Part shown: positions 46,793 to 56,132 of the stretch, in pieces
Position numbering within the stretch: the stretch's first letter is position 1
Layout of the letters: every line of letters starts with the position of its first letter
NCBI GenBank assembly: GCA_040414485.1
Contig: JBEDUK010000096.1
Span: 46,382-110,381 of the forward strand
Direction: 5' to 3'
Source: Actinomycetota bacterium
GTDB lineage: Bacteria; Actinomycetota; UBA4738
Length of the DNA: 64,000 nt
The notes under the pieces: model-generated
Told to the model about the DNA's origin: nothing
Database searches by the model: none
The model's input: the letters and a program-made list of their open reading frames with translations, nothing else
Program-made: the position numbers and the translations under genes

Positions 46793-48121
46793 CTATTCGA
46801 CCTCGAACAGACGCCATTGACCGGGCACGCCCTTCAGGTCGTAGAGGCCCCGGTCCTCGAACTGGATACCGGACCCGGCGACGAGATCCTTGACCGTGCT
46901 GGAGACGAGCACCTGCCCGGGACCGGCCTTCGACACCACCCGCGCCCCGATGTGCACCGCGATGCCTCCCACATCGCCGGCCATCAGTTCGCATTCGCCG
47001 GTGTGCAGGCCCGCCCAGATCTGAATGCCGAGGTCAGTGACATGGTCGCGCGCCGCTGTTGCACACCGGATCCCCCGGGCGGGGCCGTCGAAGGTGGCGA
47101 GGAAGCCGTCGCCGGTGGTCTTGACCTCCTGCCCGCGGAAGCGGCGCAATGCGTCCCGGATCATCGCGTTGTGGCCGGTCAGCAGGTCCCGCCACCGATG
47201 ATCTCCGAGTTCGATGGCGCGCTCCGTCGAGCCGACGATGTCGGTGAACATCACGGTGGCGAGCACCCGATCGGGCTCGGGACCCGGCCGCACGCCGGTG
47301 AGGAACTCCTCAACCTCGTCGAGGATGGCGTCCTGGTCGCCGGCCCACGGGAAGTGATCGTCTCCGTCCAGTTCGACGAACCTGGCTCCCGGGATGCGGG
47401 CGGCCAGGTAGCGGCCCTCTTCGATCGAAGAGTCGCGATCTCCCGTTCGGTGCAGGACGAGCGTCGGCACCGCGATCACGGGAACGACCTCGCGGACGTC
47501 GATCTGGCCGTTCATCCGGCGCAGGGCCATCGCCGCGGCCGGGCTCGCACCCATGCGCTCCACCCGCCCGTACCACCGCCGGAAGCGCTCGTCGCCCGCC
47601 AGGCTCGGCGCGAGCTCGTCGACGGAGTCACCGTGCCCCCAGATCTCCGGGATCGACTCGATGATGCGTTCGCGCGCGTCCGCGTCCATCGCCCACGGAT
47701 AGTCGGGCCGTCTGATCGTGCTGGCGAACGTGTCGCAGAGGATCAGCGCGATGGTCCGTTTGGGGTAGGTGGCCGCGAACACCGCGCTCATCGGCCCTCC
47801 TTCGGAGAAGCCCATGATCGCGGCGCGCTCCGAGCCGGCGGCGTCCATCACGGCCCGAACGTCGTCCATCCGCTGCTCGAGCGTGGGCAATTCGCTCGAG
47901 GGAACCCGGTCCGAGAGTCCGGTCCCCCGCTTGTCGAACAGGATCAACCGCGAGAACGAGGCCAGCCGGTCAAGGAAGCGCTCGACCAGCGGTTCCTCCC
48001 AATACACCTCGAGGTGGGACACGAACGGCGGGACGAGCACGAGGTCGAACGGTCCGTCGCCGACCACCTGATAGGCGATATGGACGTCTCCGCTTCTCGC
48101 ATAGCGGATCTCCGCATCCAT
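46793..48121 (-). CDS. Alpha/beta-hydrolase fused to class III adenylate/guanylate cyclase (LipJ-like)
   Basis: FDKRGTGLSD, GFSEGG; cyclase motifs FTDIVGST, TGDGFLATF, GLHTGE, AVHIGARV. Confidence 0.92.
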   Translation of the reverse strand: MDAEIRYARSGDVHIAYQVVGDGPFDLVLVPPFVSHLEVYWEEPLVERFLDRLASFSRLILFDKRGTGLSDRVPSSELPTLEQRMDDVRAVMDAAGSERAAIMGFSEGGPMSAVFAATYPKRTIALILCDTFASTIRRPDYPWAMDADARERIIESIPEIWGHGDSVDELAPSLAGDERFRRWYGRVERMGASPAAAMALRRMNGQIDVREVVPVIAVPTLVLHRTGDRDSSIEEGRYLAARIPGARFVELDGDDHFPWAGDQDAILDEVEEFLTGVRPGPEPDRVLATVMFTDIVGSTERAIELGDHRWRDLLTGHNAMIRDALRRFRGQEVKTTGDGFLATFDGPARGIRCATAARDHVTDLGIQIWAGLHTGECELMAGDVGGIAVHIGARVVSKAGPGQVLVSSTVKDLVAGSGIQFEDRGLYDLKGVPGQWRLFEVE

Positions 48122-48315
48122 CCGGGCTCCTCAACGCGTTCGGTGCTCCAGCAGCGACAACGGCTGCTCGCCCGGTCGGGGCGAGCGTGCGCCCCGAATT
48201 CCACCATAGACCGGGGGGATCCGGGCTCCGTCCGCGAAACCCAACCGCATCCCGTCCGCGGCACGACGATGGACTCGAAGCCGCGCGCGGGGGGCGCGCT
48301 AGAGTGGCCGCTTCC

Positions 48316-49458
48316 ATGTCCACGGTCCCGGAGATCCCGAACGCCCGCGACGCGCGCGCCGACGTCGTCGGCAGCATGCTGCGGCCCGCCGAGCTGCTGG
48401 CCGCCCGGCAGAGACAGGAGAAGGGCGAGCTCGCGCCGGCCGCGTTCAAGCGGATCGAGGACGCCGCGGTCGACGCGGCCCTTCGGCTCCAGGAGGAGTC
48501 CGGGATCGACGTCGTCACCGACGGCGAGCAGCGGCGCCTGTCGTTCCAGGCCGGCCTGCCGGCGGCGGTGGAGGGCTTCGGCGAATGGGACCTCGACGCG
48601 TTCCTGTGGGGGGACTGGCGGAGCGAATCGGTCGGCGACCTGCGGATCGAACGCCCGCCGATCGGCGTGGTGGGCCCCCTCCGCCGAAGGCGCGGGATCG
48701 CCACCGAGGAGTTCGTCTACACCCGCGGCCGGACCGACCGGATCGTCAAGGTCACGCTCCCCAGCCCGAGCCTGTTCGCCAACTTCTACGACCCGGAGCG
48801 TTCGCGGGAGGCCTACCCGACGCTGGAGGACTTCCTGCGCGACGTGGCGGCGATCCTGGCGGAGGAGGTCGACGAGCTGATCCGCCTCGGCGCGATCTAC
48901 ATCCAGCTCGATGCGCCGCACTACCCGCTGCTGATCGACCCGCAGTTCCGCGATTTCTACGAGAGCCGGGGCTGGCCCGCCGAGCGGTGGATCGAGCTCG
49001 GCACCGAGCTGGACAACGTGGTGTTCGGCGATCACGACGTCAGCGATCCGGGGGTCACGTTCGCGTTCCATCTCTGTCGCGGGAACCAGCTCTCCCGCTG
49101 GCTGGTCTCCGGCGGGTACGACTGGCTGGCCGAGCGCCTGTTCCCCAGGGTGAACGCGCACCGGCTGATGCTCGAATACGACGACGAGCGCTCGGGCGGG
49201 TTCGAACCGCTGAGGTCGTTCCCCGAGGAGAAGGTCGCGGTGCTCGGCCTGGTGACAACGAAGACGCCGCGCAAGGAGACCGTGGCCGATCTCTCGGCGC
49301 GGATCATGGAGGCGTCCGCGTTCGTCCCGCTCGATCGCCTGGCGCTGTCGCCGCAGTGCGGGTTCGCCACCTCCGTCGAGGGCAACGCGATCACCGTGGA
49401 GGACGAGCGCTACAAGCTGCGCACGATCGCCGAGACCGCCGAAGCCGTCTGGGGCTAG
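48316..49458 (+). CDS. Cobalamin-independent methionine synthase II-like protein (single barrel)
   Basis: DVVGSMLRP, VTDGEQRR, YIQLDAP, HLCRGN, LEYD, LSPQCGFA zinc ligands. Confidence 0.88.
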   Translation: MSTVPEIPNARDARADVVGSMLRPAELLAARQRQEKGELAPAAFKRIEDAAVDAALRLQEESGIDVVTDGEQRRLSFQAGLPAAVEGFGEWDLDAFLWGDWRSESVGDLRIERPPIGVVGPLRRRRGIATEEFVYTRGRTDRIVKVTLPSPSLFANFYDPERSREAYPTLEDFLRDVAAILAEEVDELIRLGAIYIQLDAPHYPLLIDPQFRDFYESRGWPAERWIELGTELDNVVFGDHDVSDPGVTFAFHLCRGNQLSRWLVSGGYDWLAERLFPRVNAHRLMLEYDDERSGGFEPLRSFPEEKVAVLGLVTTKTPRKETVADLSARIMEASAFVPLDRLALSPQCGFATSVEGNAITVEDERYKLRTIAETAEAVWG

Positions 49459-49472
49459 CGGGACGCCGCGTC

Positions 49473-50135
49473 GTGGCCGGGACGCTGCTTCCTGGGGACG
49501 TGCTGGACCTGCTCGACTGGAAGCGGCGGATCCTCGAGCTCTACGCAATGGTAAGGCAGGCTGACGAACCGACGGCGGCGTGGCTCTCGTGGCGCCGAGC
49601 CCGCGACGAACTGTTCGCCCGGCATCCGCAGTCGCCGATCCCGGCTGCCCGGCGGGACGCGTTTGGGACCCTGCCCTACTTCGACTACGACCCCGGGTTC
49701 CGCGTCCAGGCGAACGTGAAGCCGGCCGAGCCGGTCCGCATCGACCTGGCGGCGAGCGGCGACGACGCGGGCGCGGCGGTCGCCTTAACGCGGTTCGCCA
49801 CGGCGACGTTCGACCTGGCAGGCGACCCCGCCTCGCTCGAGCTGTTCTGGCTGGACGCGTACGGCGGCGGGCTGTTCCTGCCGTTCCGGGATGCGACCAG
49901 CGGCGGCGAGACGTACGGAGCGGGGCGCTACCTGCTGGACACGGTGAAGGGCTCCGACCTCGGCGTCACCGATCGCGGTCAACTCGTGCTGGACTTCAAC
50001 TTCGCGCACAACCCCTCGTGCTCGTACGACCCGCGATGGGTCTGCCCGCTGGCGCCGCCGGGGAACCGGGTGAGCGTCCCGGTCAGGGCGGGTGAACGCC
50101 ATCCGTGGGACCCGGCAGCGAAGCCACGGCCGTGA
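49473..50135 (+). CDS. DUF1684 family protein
   Basis: HPQSP, LFLPFRDATSG.ETYGAGRYL, LDFNFAHNPSCSY...CPL.P. Confidence 0.88.
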   Translation: MAGTLLPGDVLDLLDWKRRILELYAMVRQADEPTAAWLSWRRARDELFARHPQSPIPAARRDAFGTLPYFDYDPGFRVQANVKPAEPVRIDLAASGDDAGAAVALTRFATATFDLAGDPASLELFWLDAYGGGLFLPFRDATSGGETYGAGRYLLDTVKGSDLGVTDRGQLVLDFNFAHNPSCSYDPRWVCPLAPPGNRVSVPVRAGERHPWDPAAKPRP

Positions 50136-51577
50136 GCGTCGTCGTCTCCGGCTCGGACCTGACCATCGACGAGGTGGTCCGCGTGTCCCGGCAGGCGGAG
50201 CACGTGGACCTGTCCGACGAGGCCGTCCGGCGAATGCAGGCCTCGCGGGATGTGGTCGAACGCGCGCTGGTCGAAGGCACGGAGGTCTACGGCCTGTCCA
50301 CCGGCGTCGGCGTCCTGAAGCGGGACCCCGCGCCCTCCGACGGGGCGGCGCTCTCCGAGTTCAACCGACGGATGGTCGAGATGCACCGGACCGCCCAGGG
50401 CCCGCCGGTCCCCGACGACGTGGTGCGCGCGGCCATGCTGCGCTTGGCGAACCACTTCGCGTTGGGTGCGCCCGGCGTACGGCACGAGCTCGCCCGCCTG
50501 CTGGTCGACGCTCTGAACGACGGCCCGACGCCCGCCGTACGGATGCTGGGCTCGGTCGGCCAGTCGGACCTGATGATGACCGCCGATCTCGCTCACGATC
50601 TGCTGCACCGGACCGGGTTCGCCCTGGCCGCCGGCGAGGCGCTCGCGCTGCTGAACAACAACGCGGTCTCGACCGGTTGGGCCGCCCTCGCCATGCACGA
50701 CGCCCGGCGGGTGGCGGAGGCGATGGAGGTCGCCGGCGCGCTGTCTCTGGAGGCCTTCGCGGCGAACCTGTCGTTGCTGCACGGTGCCATCGCGGACCTG
50801 CGTCCCTACCCGGGGCTGCGCGCGTCGCTGGCGCGGATCCGGTCGCTGCTGGACGGGAGCGGGCTGTGGGAGCCGGGCGCAGCCCGGAACCTGCAGGACC
50901 CGCTGACGTTTCGAAGTCTGCCGCAGCTGCAGGGGGCCCTCAGGGACGCGCTCGCGTTCGCCGAGGACCGGCTCGACATCGAACTGAACGCCTCCCAGGG
51001 CAATCCGATCGTCGTGCCCGAAGAAGGCCGGGTCGTCTCGGTGGCCAACTTCGAGGTGGCGCCGCTGGCGCAGGCGCTCGACCTGGTCCGCATCGCCCTG
51101 GCGCCCGCGCTCACCTCGGCCGGAGAGCGCGTGGTCAAGCTCCTGGAGCGGCCGTGGTCGGGGCTGCCCACGGGACTGGTCGACGAGTCGGTGTCAGGTT
51201 CGGGCGACGCGGGCCTCGGCTACCTGGGCATCGCGATGCAGTCCATCGTGGCCGAGGCGCGGCTGCTGGCGCAGCCCGTGTCCTTCGAGATGGCCTCGAG
51301 CGCCCACGCCGAGGGGATCGAGGATAGGGCCACGATGGCCCCGCTCGCGGCACGGCGGCTGGCGGAGATGGTGGCGCTCGCCGAGCGCGTCGTGGCGATC
51401 GAACTCGTCGTCGGCACCCAGGCGGCGGACCTTCGGGGTGGAACCCTCGGGCGCGGAACGTCCGACGCACGCGCTCGCGTCCGCGAGAGCGTGCCGTTCC
51501 TGGCGGCCGGCGCCCTGGTCGCGCCCGACCTCGAGCCGCTCGTGGCGATCGTTCGAGCCGGCATACCGACCGACTGA
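50132..51577 (+). CDS. Aromatic amino acid ammonia-lyase family protein lacking the ASG (MIO) tripeptide
   Basis: VYGLSTGVG, EALALLN, LQDPLTFR, ELNA..GNP, ANF, SGLP, EDRATM; GSVGQSDL in place of GSVGASGDL. Confidence 0.85.
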   Translation: MSVVVSGSDLTIDEVVRVSRQAEHVDLSDEAVRRMQASRDVVERALVEGTEVYGLSTGVGVLKRDPAPSDGAALSEFNRRMVEMHRTAQGPPVPDDVVRAAMLRLANHFALGAPGVRHELARLLVDALNDGPTPAVRMLGSVGQSDLMMTADLAHDLLHRTGFALAAGEALALLNNNAVSTGWAALAMHDARRVAEAMEVAGALSLEAFAANLSLLHGAIADLRPYPGLRASLARIRSLLDGSGLWEPGAARNLQDPLTFRSLPQLQGALRDALAFAEDRLDIELNASQGNPIVVPEEGRVVSVANFEVAPLAQALDLVRIALAPALTSAGERVVKLLERPWSGLPTGLVDESVSGSGDAGLGYLGIAMQSIVAEARLLAQPVSFEMASSAHAEGIEDRATMAPLAARRLAEMVALAERVVAIELVVGTQAADLRGGTLGRGTSDARARVRESVPFLAAGALVAPDLEPLVAIVRAGIPTD

Positions 51578-51671
51578 GGGTCGAAACCGTCAACGAGAAC
51601 TCAACAGATTTGCTGGTCGAACGGCCCTTCGCAGCGTGACAAGTGGGCATTCGGCATGCATCATGCGCGCC

Positions 51672-52187
51672 ATGGCACTGGTGCGGGTCGAGGATGCGGC
51701 GATCTACGCCACGCCCCCCTTTCACCGGCTGGTGCCTGTGAAGGCCGGCTATCAGACGGCGCCGATCCTCGAAGCGTTCAACTGGAGCTACACGCTCGCG
51801 GACATCGAGCAGGGACGTTGGTACCTGATCGTGTTCCGTTCGATGCGCCGGCACGACGTCGACGACGAGCTCCTCGGCGACCACGACGACATGGCCTTCG
51901 CCGAGGCGATGTCGAGCGGCGGCCTGCTGCGCTACTACAAGGGCGCGATGGACCGCGAGCGCAGGTGCCTGTCGCTCTGCGTCTGGGAGAAGCGGAAGCA
52001 GGCCGAGGTCGCGACCGACCTTCCGCAGCATCGGGATGCGGCGCAGCTCACGAACCGCTTCTACGTCTGGTACGACGTGGAGCGCTACATCCTGCGCAAG
52101 CGCAGGGGCTTCGACGAGCCCGAGGTGGTCCCCACGGGCGGCTACCGCCACAGCCCGTCCACCAAATTCGAGGCCGCACCCAGCTAG
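51672..52187 (+). CDS. Hypothetical protein, resembles fungal UPF0643 family as I recall it
   Basis: Y.TAP..EAFNWS, WY.IVFRS, EAM.SGGLLRYY, CVW pattern. Confidence 0.65.
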   Translation: MALVRVEDAAIYATPPFHRLVPVKAGYQTAPILEAFNWSYTLADIEQGRWYLIVFRSMRRHDVDDELLGDHDDMAFAEAMSSGGLLRYYKGAMDRERRCLSLCVWEKRKQAEVATDLPQHRDAAQLTNRFYVWYDVERYILRKRRGFDEPEVVPTGGYRHSPSTKFEAAPS

Positions 52188-52205
52188 CGACCCGCCGGTC
52201 GTGCG

Positions 52206-53339
52206 TCAGCCGATGACGGCGACCGTGCGACCGCCGACCCGCCCGTCGTGCATTCGGTCGAACGCCTCCTGGATGCCGTCCAGGTCCGTCTCCGCGGCGA
52301 TCGAGTCCGCAAGCGGGAACCGTCCGGTCGCCACCAGTTCGGCGAGGCGCGGGATCTCAGCCGCCGGATTCCCCGAGCCGTAGTACGACCCCTTGATCCC
52401 CTTCTGCGACAGCAGGTCCAGTGCGGGGAGCGCGACATCGACGCCGCGAGGCGCGATGCCGACCACGACGGCCGTCGCGCCGGGGCGAAGAACGTCCCAC
52501 GCGTGACGGATCGTGGCGGCCGAACCCACCACCTCGAAGGCATGGTCGACGCCGCCGTCGGAGAGCAGGAGCACCTCGTGCACGACGTCGCGCGTCGCTG
52601 CGTCGACGGCATGCGTGGCGCCGCGCGCGAGCGCCGCCTCCAGCTTCTCCCAACCGCGATCTACCGCGATGATCTGCGAAGCGCCCGCGAGCCGCGCGGC
52701 GGCGATCACCTGCAGTCCGACGCCACCGCATCCGATCACGCAGACGGTGTCGCCGATCCGCACGCCGGCGGCGTTGCGCACCGCACCGACGCCCGTGACG
52801 ACCGCGCATCCAAGGAGCGCGGCCTCCTTCATGGAAAGGGTGGGCGGGATCGCGATGGCCGACCCGGCGGGCACGACGCACGCTTCCGCGAAGCACGACA
52901 CGAAGTTGAAATGCAGGAGCGGCTGGCCCGTCGCCGCCCGCCTCAGTCGGGTTCGGCCATCCAGCATGGTGCCCTTCCACGCGAACGAGCCCGCCGTCTG
53001 GCAGAGGTTCGGCCGTCCGCCCCGGCACATGGGGCAGTCGCCGCATGCCGGCGCGAAGTTGAAGGCCACGTGGTCGCCCGGCCGCACGTGCCCGACGTCG
53101 GAGCCCGCTCGCTCGACGATGCCGGCGCCCTCGTGGCCCAGCACGATCGGTACTCGCTCGTGGCCAAGGTGTCCCCGCGCCAGGTGCAGGTCCGAATGGC
53201 AGACGCCCGCGGCGCACACGCGAACGAGCACCTCCTTCGGTCCCGGGGGATCGAGCAGCACGTCCTCGACCGCCAGTGGTGCGCCGATCTCGGGGAGAAC
53301 CGCGGCCCTCACCCGGATCGAGCCGTCGCCGGGCGTCAT
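52206..53339 (-). CDS. Zn-dependent alcohol dehydrogenase
   Basis: GVCHSD, LGHEGAG, CGDCPMC...C, GCAVVTG, GCGGVG. Confidence 0.92.
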   Translation of the reverse strand: MTPGDGSIRVRAAVLPEIGAPLAVEDVLLDPPGPKEVLVRVCAAGVCHSDLHLARGHLGHERVPIVLGHEGAGIVERAGSDVGHVRPGDHVAFNFAPACGDCPMCRGGRPNLCQTAGSFAWKGTMLDGRTRLRRAATGQPLLHFNFVSCFAEACVVPAGSAIAIPPTLSMKEAALLGCAVVTGVGAVRNAAGVRIGDTVCVIGCGGVGLQVIAAARLAGASQIIAVDRGWEKLEAALARGATHAVDAATRDVVHEVLLLSDGGVDHAFEVVGSAATIRHAWDVLRPGATAVVVGIAPRGVDVALPALDLLSQKGIKGSYYGSGNPAAEIPRLAELVATGRFPLADSIAAETDLDGIQEAFDRMHDGRVGGRTVAVIG

Positions 53340-54445
53340 CCGACGCGGTAGGGCTCGAGCGCCGGCAGGTCCAGCTCGATCCCCAGACCGGGACCGTCAG
53401 GTATCTTTACCATTCCGTCGGCGCCGATCTCCACGGGGGACGGGAGCAGCCAGTCGCGGCGTTCGGCCGACCACGCGGGCGGGTCGAACGGCACCTCGAC
53501 GAACGGCACCGATGAGACGGCCATGGCCAGGTGCACGTTCGCCAGCAGACCCAGCCCGTTGGTCCAGGTGTGCGGCGAAAATCCGCGCCCGCACAGATCG
53601 GCCAGGGCCGCGACGCGGCGGCAGCCGCCGAAGCCGCCGGAGAGCACGGCGTCCGGCTGGATGACGTCGACGCCTCCGCGAAGGATCAGCTCGCGCGCCT
53701 CGTGCAGGTCCCGAACCATCTCGCCGGCCGCGATCCGAAGCGACGTCCGGGATCGGAGCAGCGCGTAACCATCCACGTCCACGGTCGGCAGCGGCTCCTC
53801 CAGCCAGTAGACATCCAGCGGCTCGAGCGCGCGGGCGCACTGCGTGGCGGCCGCGACGTCCCACGGCACGCCCCGGTCCCCCGCCATTCGCCAGCCGTGG
53901 TTCGCGTCGACGAACAGATCCATGGTGGAACCCACTGCATCCCGGACGCGTTCGACCACCTCGACATCCCGGCGCCAGTCGGGATCGTGAAAACGGACCT
54001 TCACGGCCCGGATGCCACGCTCGCGCATGGCGAGCGTCCGGCGCACCCGTTCGTCGGGATCGACCCGTTCGCCGGTGGACGCGTACGCGGTCAATTCGGG
54101 CGAACGGCCCCCGAGCAGCTTCCAGAGGGGAATGTTCAGCGCTCGGCCGATCAGGTCCCACACCGCGACCTCGGCCGCCCACGGACGGCCGCCGTGGAAG
54201 TCCACGGTCTCGCAGATGCGGCGGACCACCTCGGTTCGGAGCGGATCCACCCCCTTCAGCAGGCGCTCCAGTGCCTCGGCGTCCGGCAACGGCGCGCCGG
54301 AGGCGTATCCGCTGAGGCCGTCGTCCGAGTGGACGATCGTGACGGTCTCCTCGATCCGGTCGCGCGGCAGCGGATCCCATGCCGCGACGAACGGCGGATC
54401 GAGCGGGACGACGTACCTCCGGGTCTCGATCCGTTCGATGCGCAT
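53336..54445 (-). CDS. Mandelate racemase / muconate lactonizing enzyme family protein
   Basis: WDLIGR, KVRFH, VDAN, WLEEP, AAGE, QPD, SPHTW. Confidence 0.9.
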   Translation of the reverse strand: MRIERIETRRYVVPLDPPFVAAWDPLPRDRIEETVTIVHSDDGLSGYASGAPLPDAEALERLLKGVDPLRTEVVRRICETVDFHGGRPWAAEVAVWDLIGRALNIPLWKLLGGRSPELTAYASTGERVDPDERVRRTLAMRERGIRAVKVRFHDPDWRRDVEVVERVRDAVGSTMDLFVDANHGWRMAGDRGVPWDVAAATQCARALEPLDVYWLEEPLPTVDVDGYALLRSRTSLRIAAGEMVRDLHEARELILRGGVDVIQPDAVLSGGFGGCRRVAALADLCGRGFSPHTWTNGLGLLANVHLAMAVSSVPFVEVPFDPPAWSAERRDWLLPSPVEIGADGMVKIPDGPGLGIELDLPALEPYRVG

Positions 54446-54477
54446 GACGGCTCCGTGCCTCGTCCTTCCGCTCCCGG

Positions 54478-55005
54478 TCAGTCGCCGGTGTAGTAGGCGT
54501 TCGCGGCCGCGTCGCGCGAGACCACGAGGACGTCGACATCGGCACGGTCGTGGGACCGGACTGCGTCCTCGACGGCGGCTCGCGTCGCTGCCCGGTTGGC
54601 GCGCTTGACCGCGGTCTCGTCGTGCGCTTCGGGGTCCACCCAGACGGCGATCAGCACGACGATCTCGTCCACCTGCTCGGCGTCCAAGATGTCGTCGGCG
54701 ACGGCGTCCAGCATGCCCTGCGCGATCCCGATCTGCGCGGCGCCCCACGTGATCCGGTCCAGGGTTTCGTTCGAACCCACCGGCGACTTGTTGACCACGA
54801 TCGTCACCGGCCGAACCAGAGAGCCGGGCGACAGGCATGCCAGGAAGGGAAGGATGCCCGGACGAGGGGACGCCAGCGCGCCGACGGCGGCCGCCGCGGT
54901 CGCCGAGCCCCGGCGGGCGAGCACGACGTTGATGTGCGAGCCGTTCGGGACGTCGCCGGACCAGGCCTCGCCGATGCGGCCGTCGAGGTCGTCGAGCGGG
55001 ATCAC
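54478..55005 (-). CDS. Formaldehyde-activating enzyme (Fae)-like protein
   Basis: IGEAW.G...N.SHINVV, RPVTIVVNK, WGAAQ.GIA, N..AT..A follows the Fae fold pattern. Confidence 0.8.
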   Translation of the reverse strand: MIPLDDLDGRIGEAWSGDVPNGSHINVVLARRGSATAAAAVGALASPRPGILPFLACLSPGSLVRPVTIVVNKSPVGSNETLDRITWGAAQIGIAQGMLDAVADDILDAEQVDEIVVLIAVWVDPEAHDETAVKRANRAATRAAVEDAVRSHDRADVDVLVVSRDAAANAYYTGD

Positions 55006-56132
55006 GCGGCGGCGCCCTCGCCGCCGTCCAGGTGCAGCACCGCCCGCACGGCTTGGCCGTTTCGGACCAGGTCCATCCCCTGCGGCGCCTGTTCGAGCGT
55101 CATCCGGTGCGAGATCAGGCGATCCAGCGGCAGGCGGCCGTCGGCGTGCAGGCGCAGGATCGCGGCGAAGTCGCGTTCGGGCCGGACGGACCCGTAGGCC
55201 GAACCCATGATCCGGCGCTCCATGCGCGGGATCGACAGCGCCGGCAGCGGGATCACCGCGTCGGGCCGCGAGATCCCGATGAGGACCGCGGCGCCGCGCC
55301 GGCGGGTCGAGAGGAACGCGGCGAGCATCGCCTCCGGCCGGCCGGTCGCCTCGAACGCGTAGTCCACGCCGCCGCCGGTGGCGTCGCGGATCGCGCCGGC
55401 CGTGTCCTCCGGGGTCTCGCGCCAGCCGATGGCCTCGGTGGCGCCGAGGTCCTTGGCGAACGCGAGCTTCGACTCGCTGACGTCCACGGCGACGACCGGC
55501 GCCGCGCCGACCGATTGCGCGCCCAGCAACGCCGCCAGCCCGACGCCGCCGCAGCCGAACACCGCGACGCGATCGCTGGGACGGACGCCGGCGGTGCGCC
55601 ATACAGCACCGACCCCCGTGGACACGGCGCACCCGACCAGGGCGGCCACGTCGAACGGGGCGTCGGACGGGATGGCCACCACGCAGCGTTCGGGGACCAC
55701 CGCGGCCTCCGCGAAGGCCGACAGGAACGAGTAGTGATAGACGGGCTCGCCGTCCAAAGACAGGCGCGGCGTGCCGTCCAGCAGGCCCCCGTGGCCCATC
55801 GCCGTCCAGGCCTCACGGCACAGGTGCGACAGGTCGCGGAGGCATTCCTCACACCGGCCGCAGGAGGGCATCCACGACAGCGCCACGTGATCGCCCGGCC
55901 GGACGGTCCGAACCCCCTCGCCGACCAGTTCGACCACGCCGGCGCCCTCGTGGCCCAGCACGGTCGGGCAGCGGGTCTCCGCCGTGCCGTCGACGGCGTT
56001 CAGATCCGAATGGCAGACGCCGGCCGCGCGGAGCCGAACCAGCACCTCACCCGCGCGGGGCTCTTCGAGATCGATCTCCTTCACGACGACGTCCGCACCG
56101 GTCGCCGGCAGGACGGCGGCCCGGACCTTCAC
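55002..56132 (-). CDS. Zn-dependent alcohol/aldehyde dehydrogenase
   Basis: GVCHSD, LGHEGAG, CGRCEEC...C, GCAVSTG, GCGGVG. Confidence 0.92.
   Translation of the reverse strand: MKVRAAVLPATGADVVVKEIDLEEPRAGEVLVRLRAAGVCHSDLNAVDGTAETRCPTVLGHEGAGVVELVGEGVRTVRPGDHVALSWMPSCGRCEECLRDLSHLCREAWTAMGHGGLLDGTPRLSLDGEPVYHYSFLSAFAEAAVVPERCVVAIPSDAPFDVAALVGCAVSTGVGAVWRTAGVRPSDRVAVFGCGGVGLAALLGAQSVGAAPVVAVDVSESKLAFAKDLGATEAIGWRETPEDTAGAIRDATGGGVDYAFEATGRPEAMLAAFLSTRRRGAAVLIGISRPDAVIPLPALSIPRMERRIMGSAYGSVRPERDFAAILRLHADGRLPLDRLISHRMTLEQAPQGMDLVRNGQAVRAVLHLDGGEGAAA

Noticed and set aside
48122-48315. Possible SAM or cobalamin riboswitch upstream of the MetE-like gene
   Set aside because: Only generic GC hairpins; I could not recognise the conserved cores of SAM-I/IV or cobalamin riboswitches
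50132-51577. Calling this gene hutH
   Set aside because: It lacks the ASG motif and there are no hutU, hutI or hutG genes in the window
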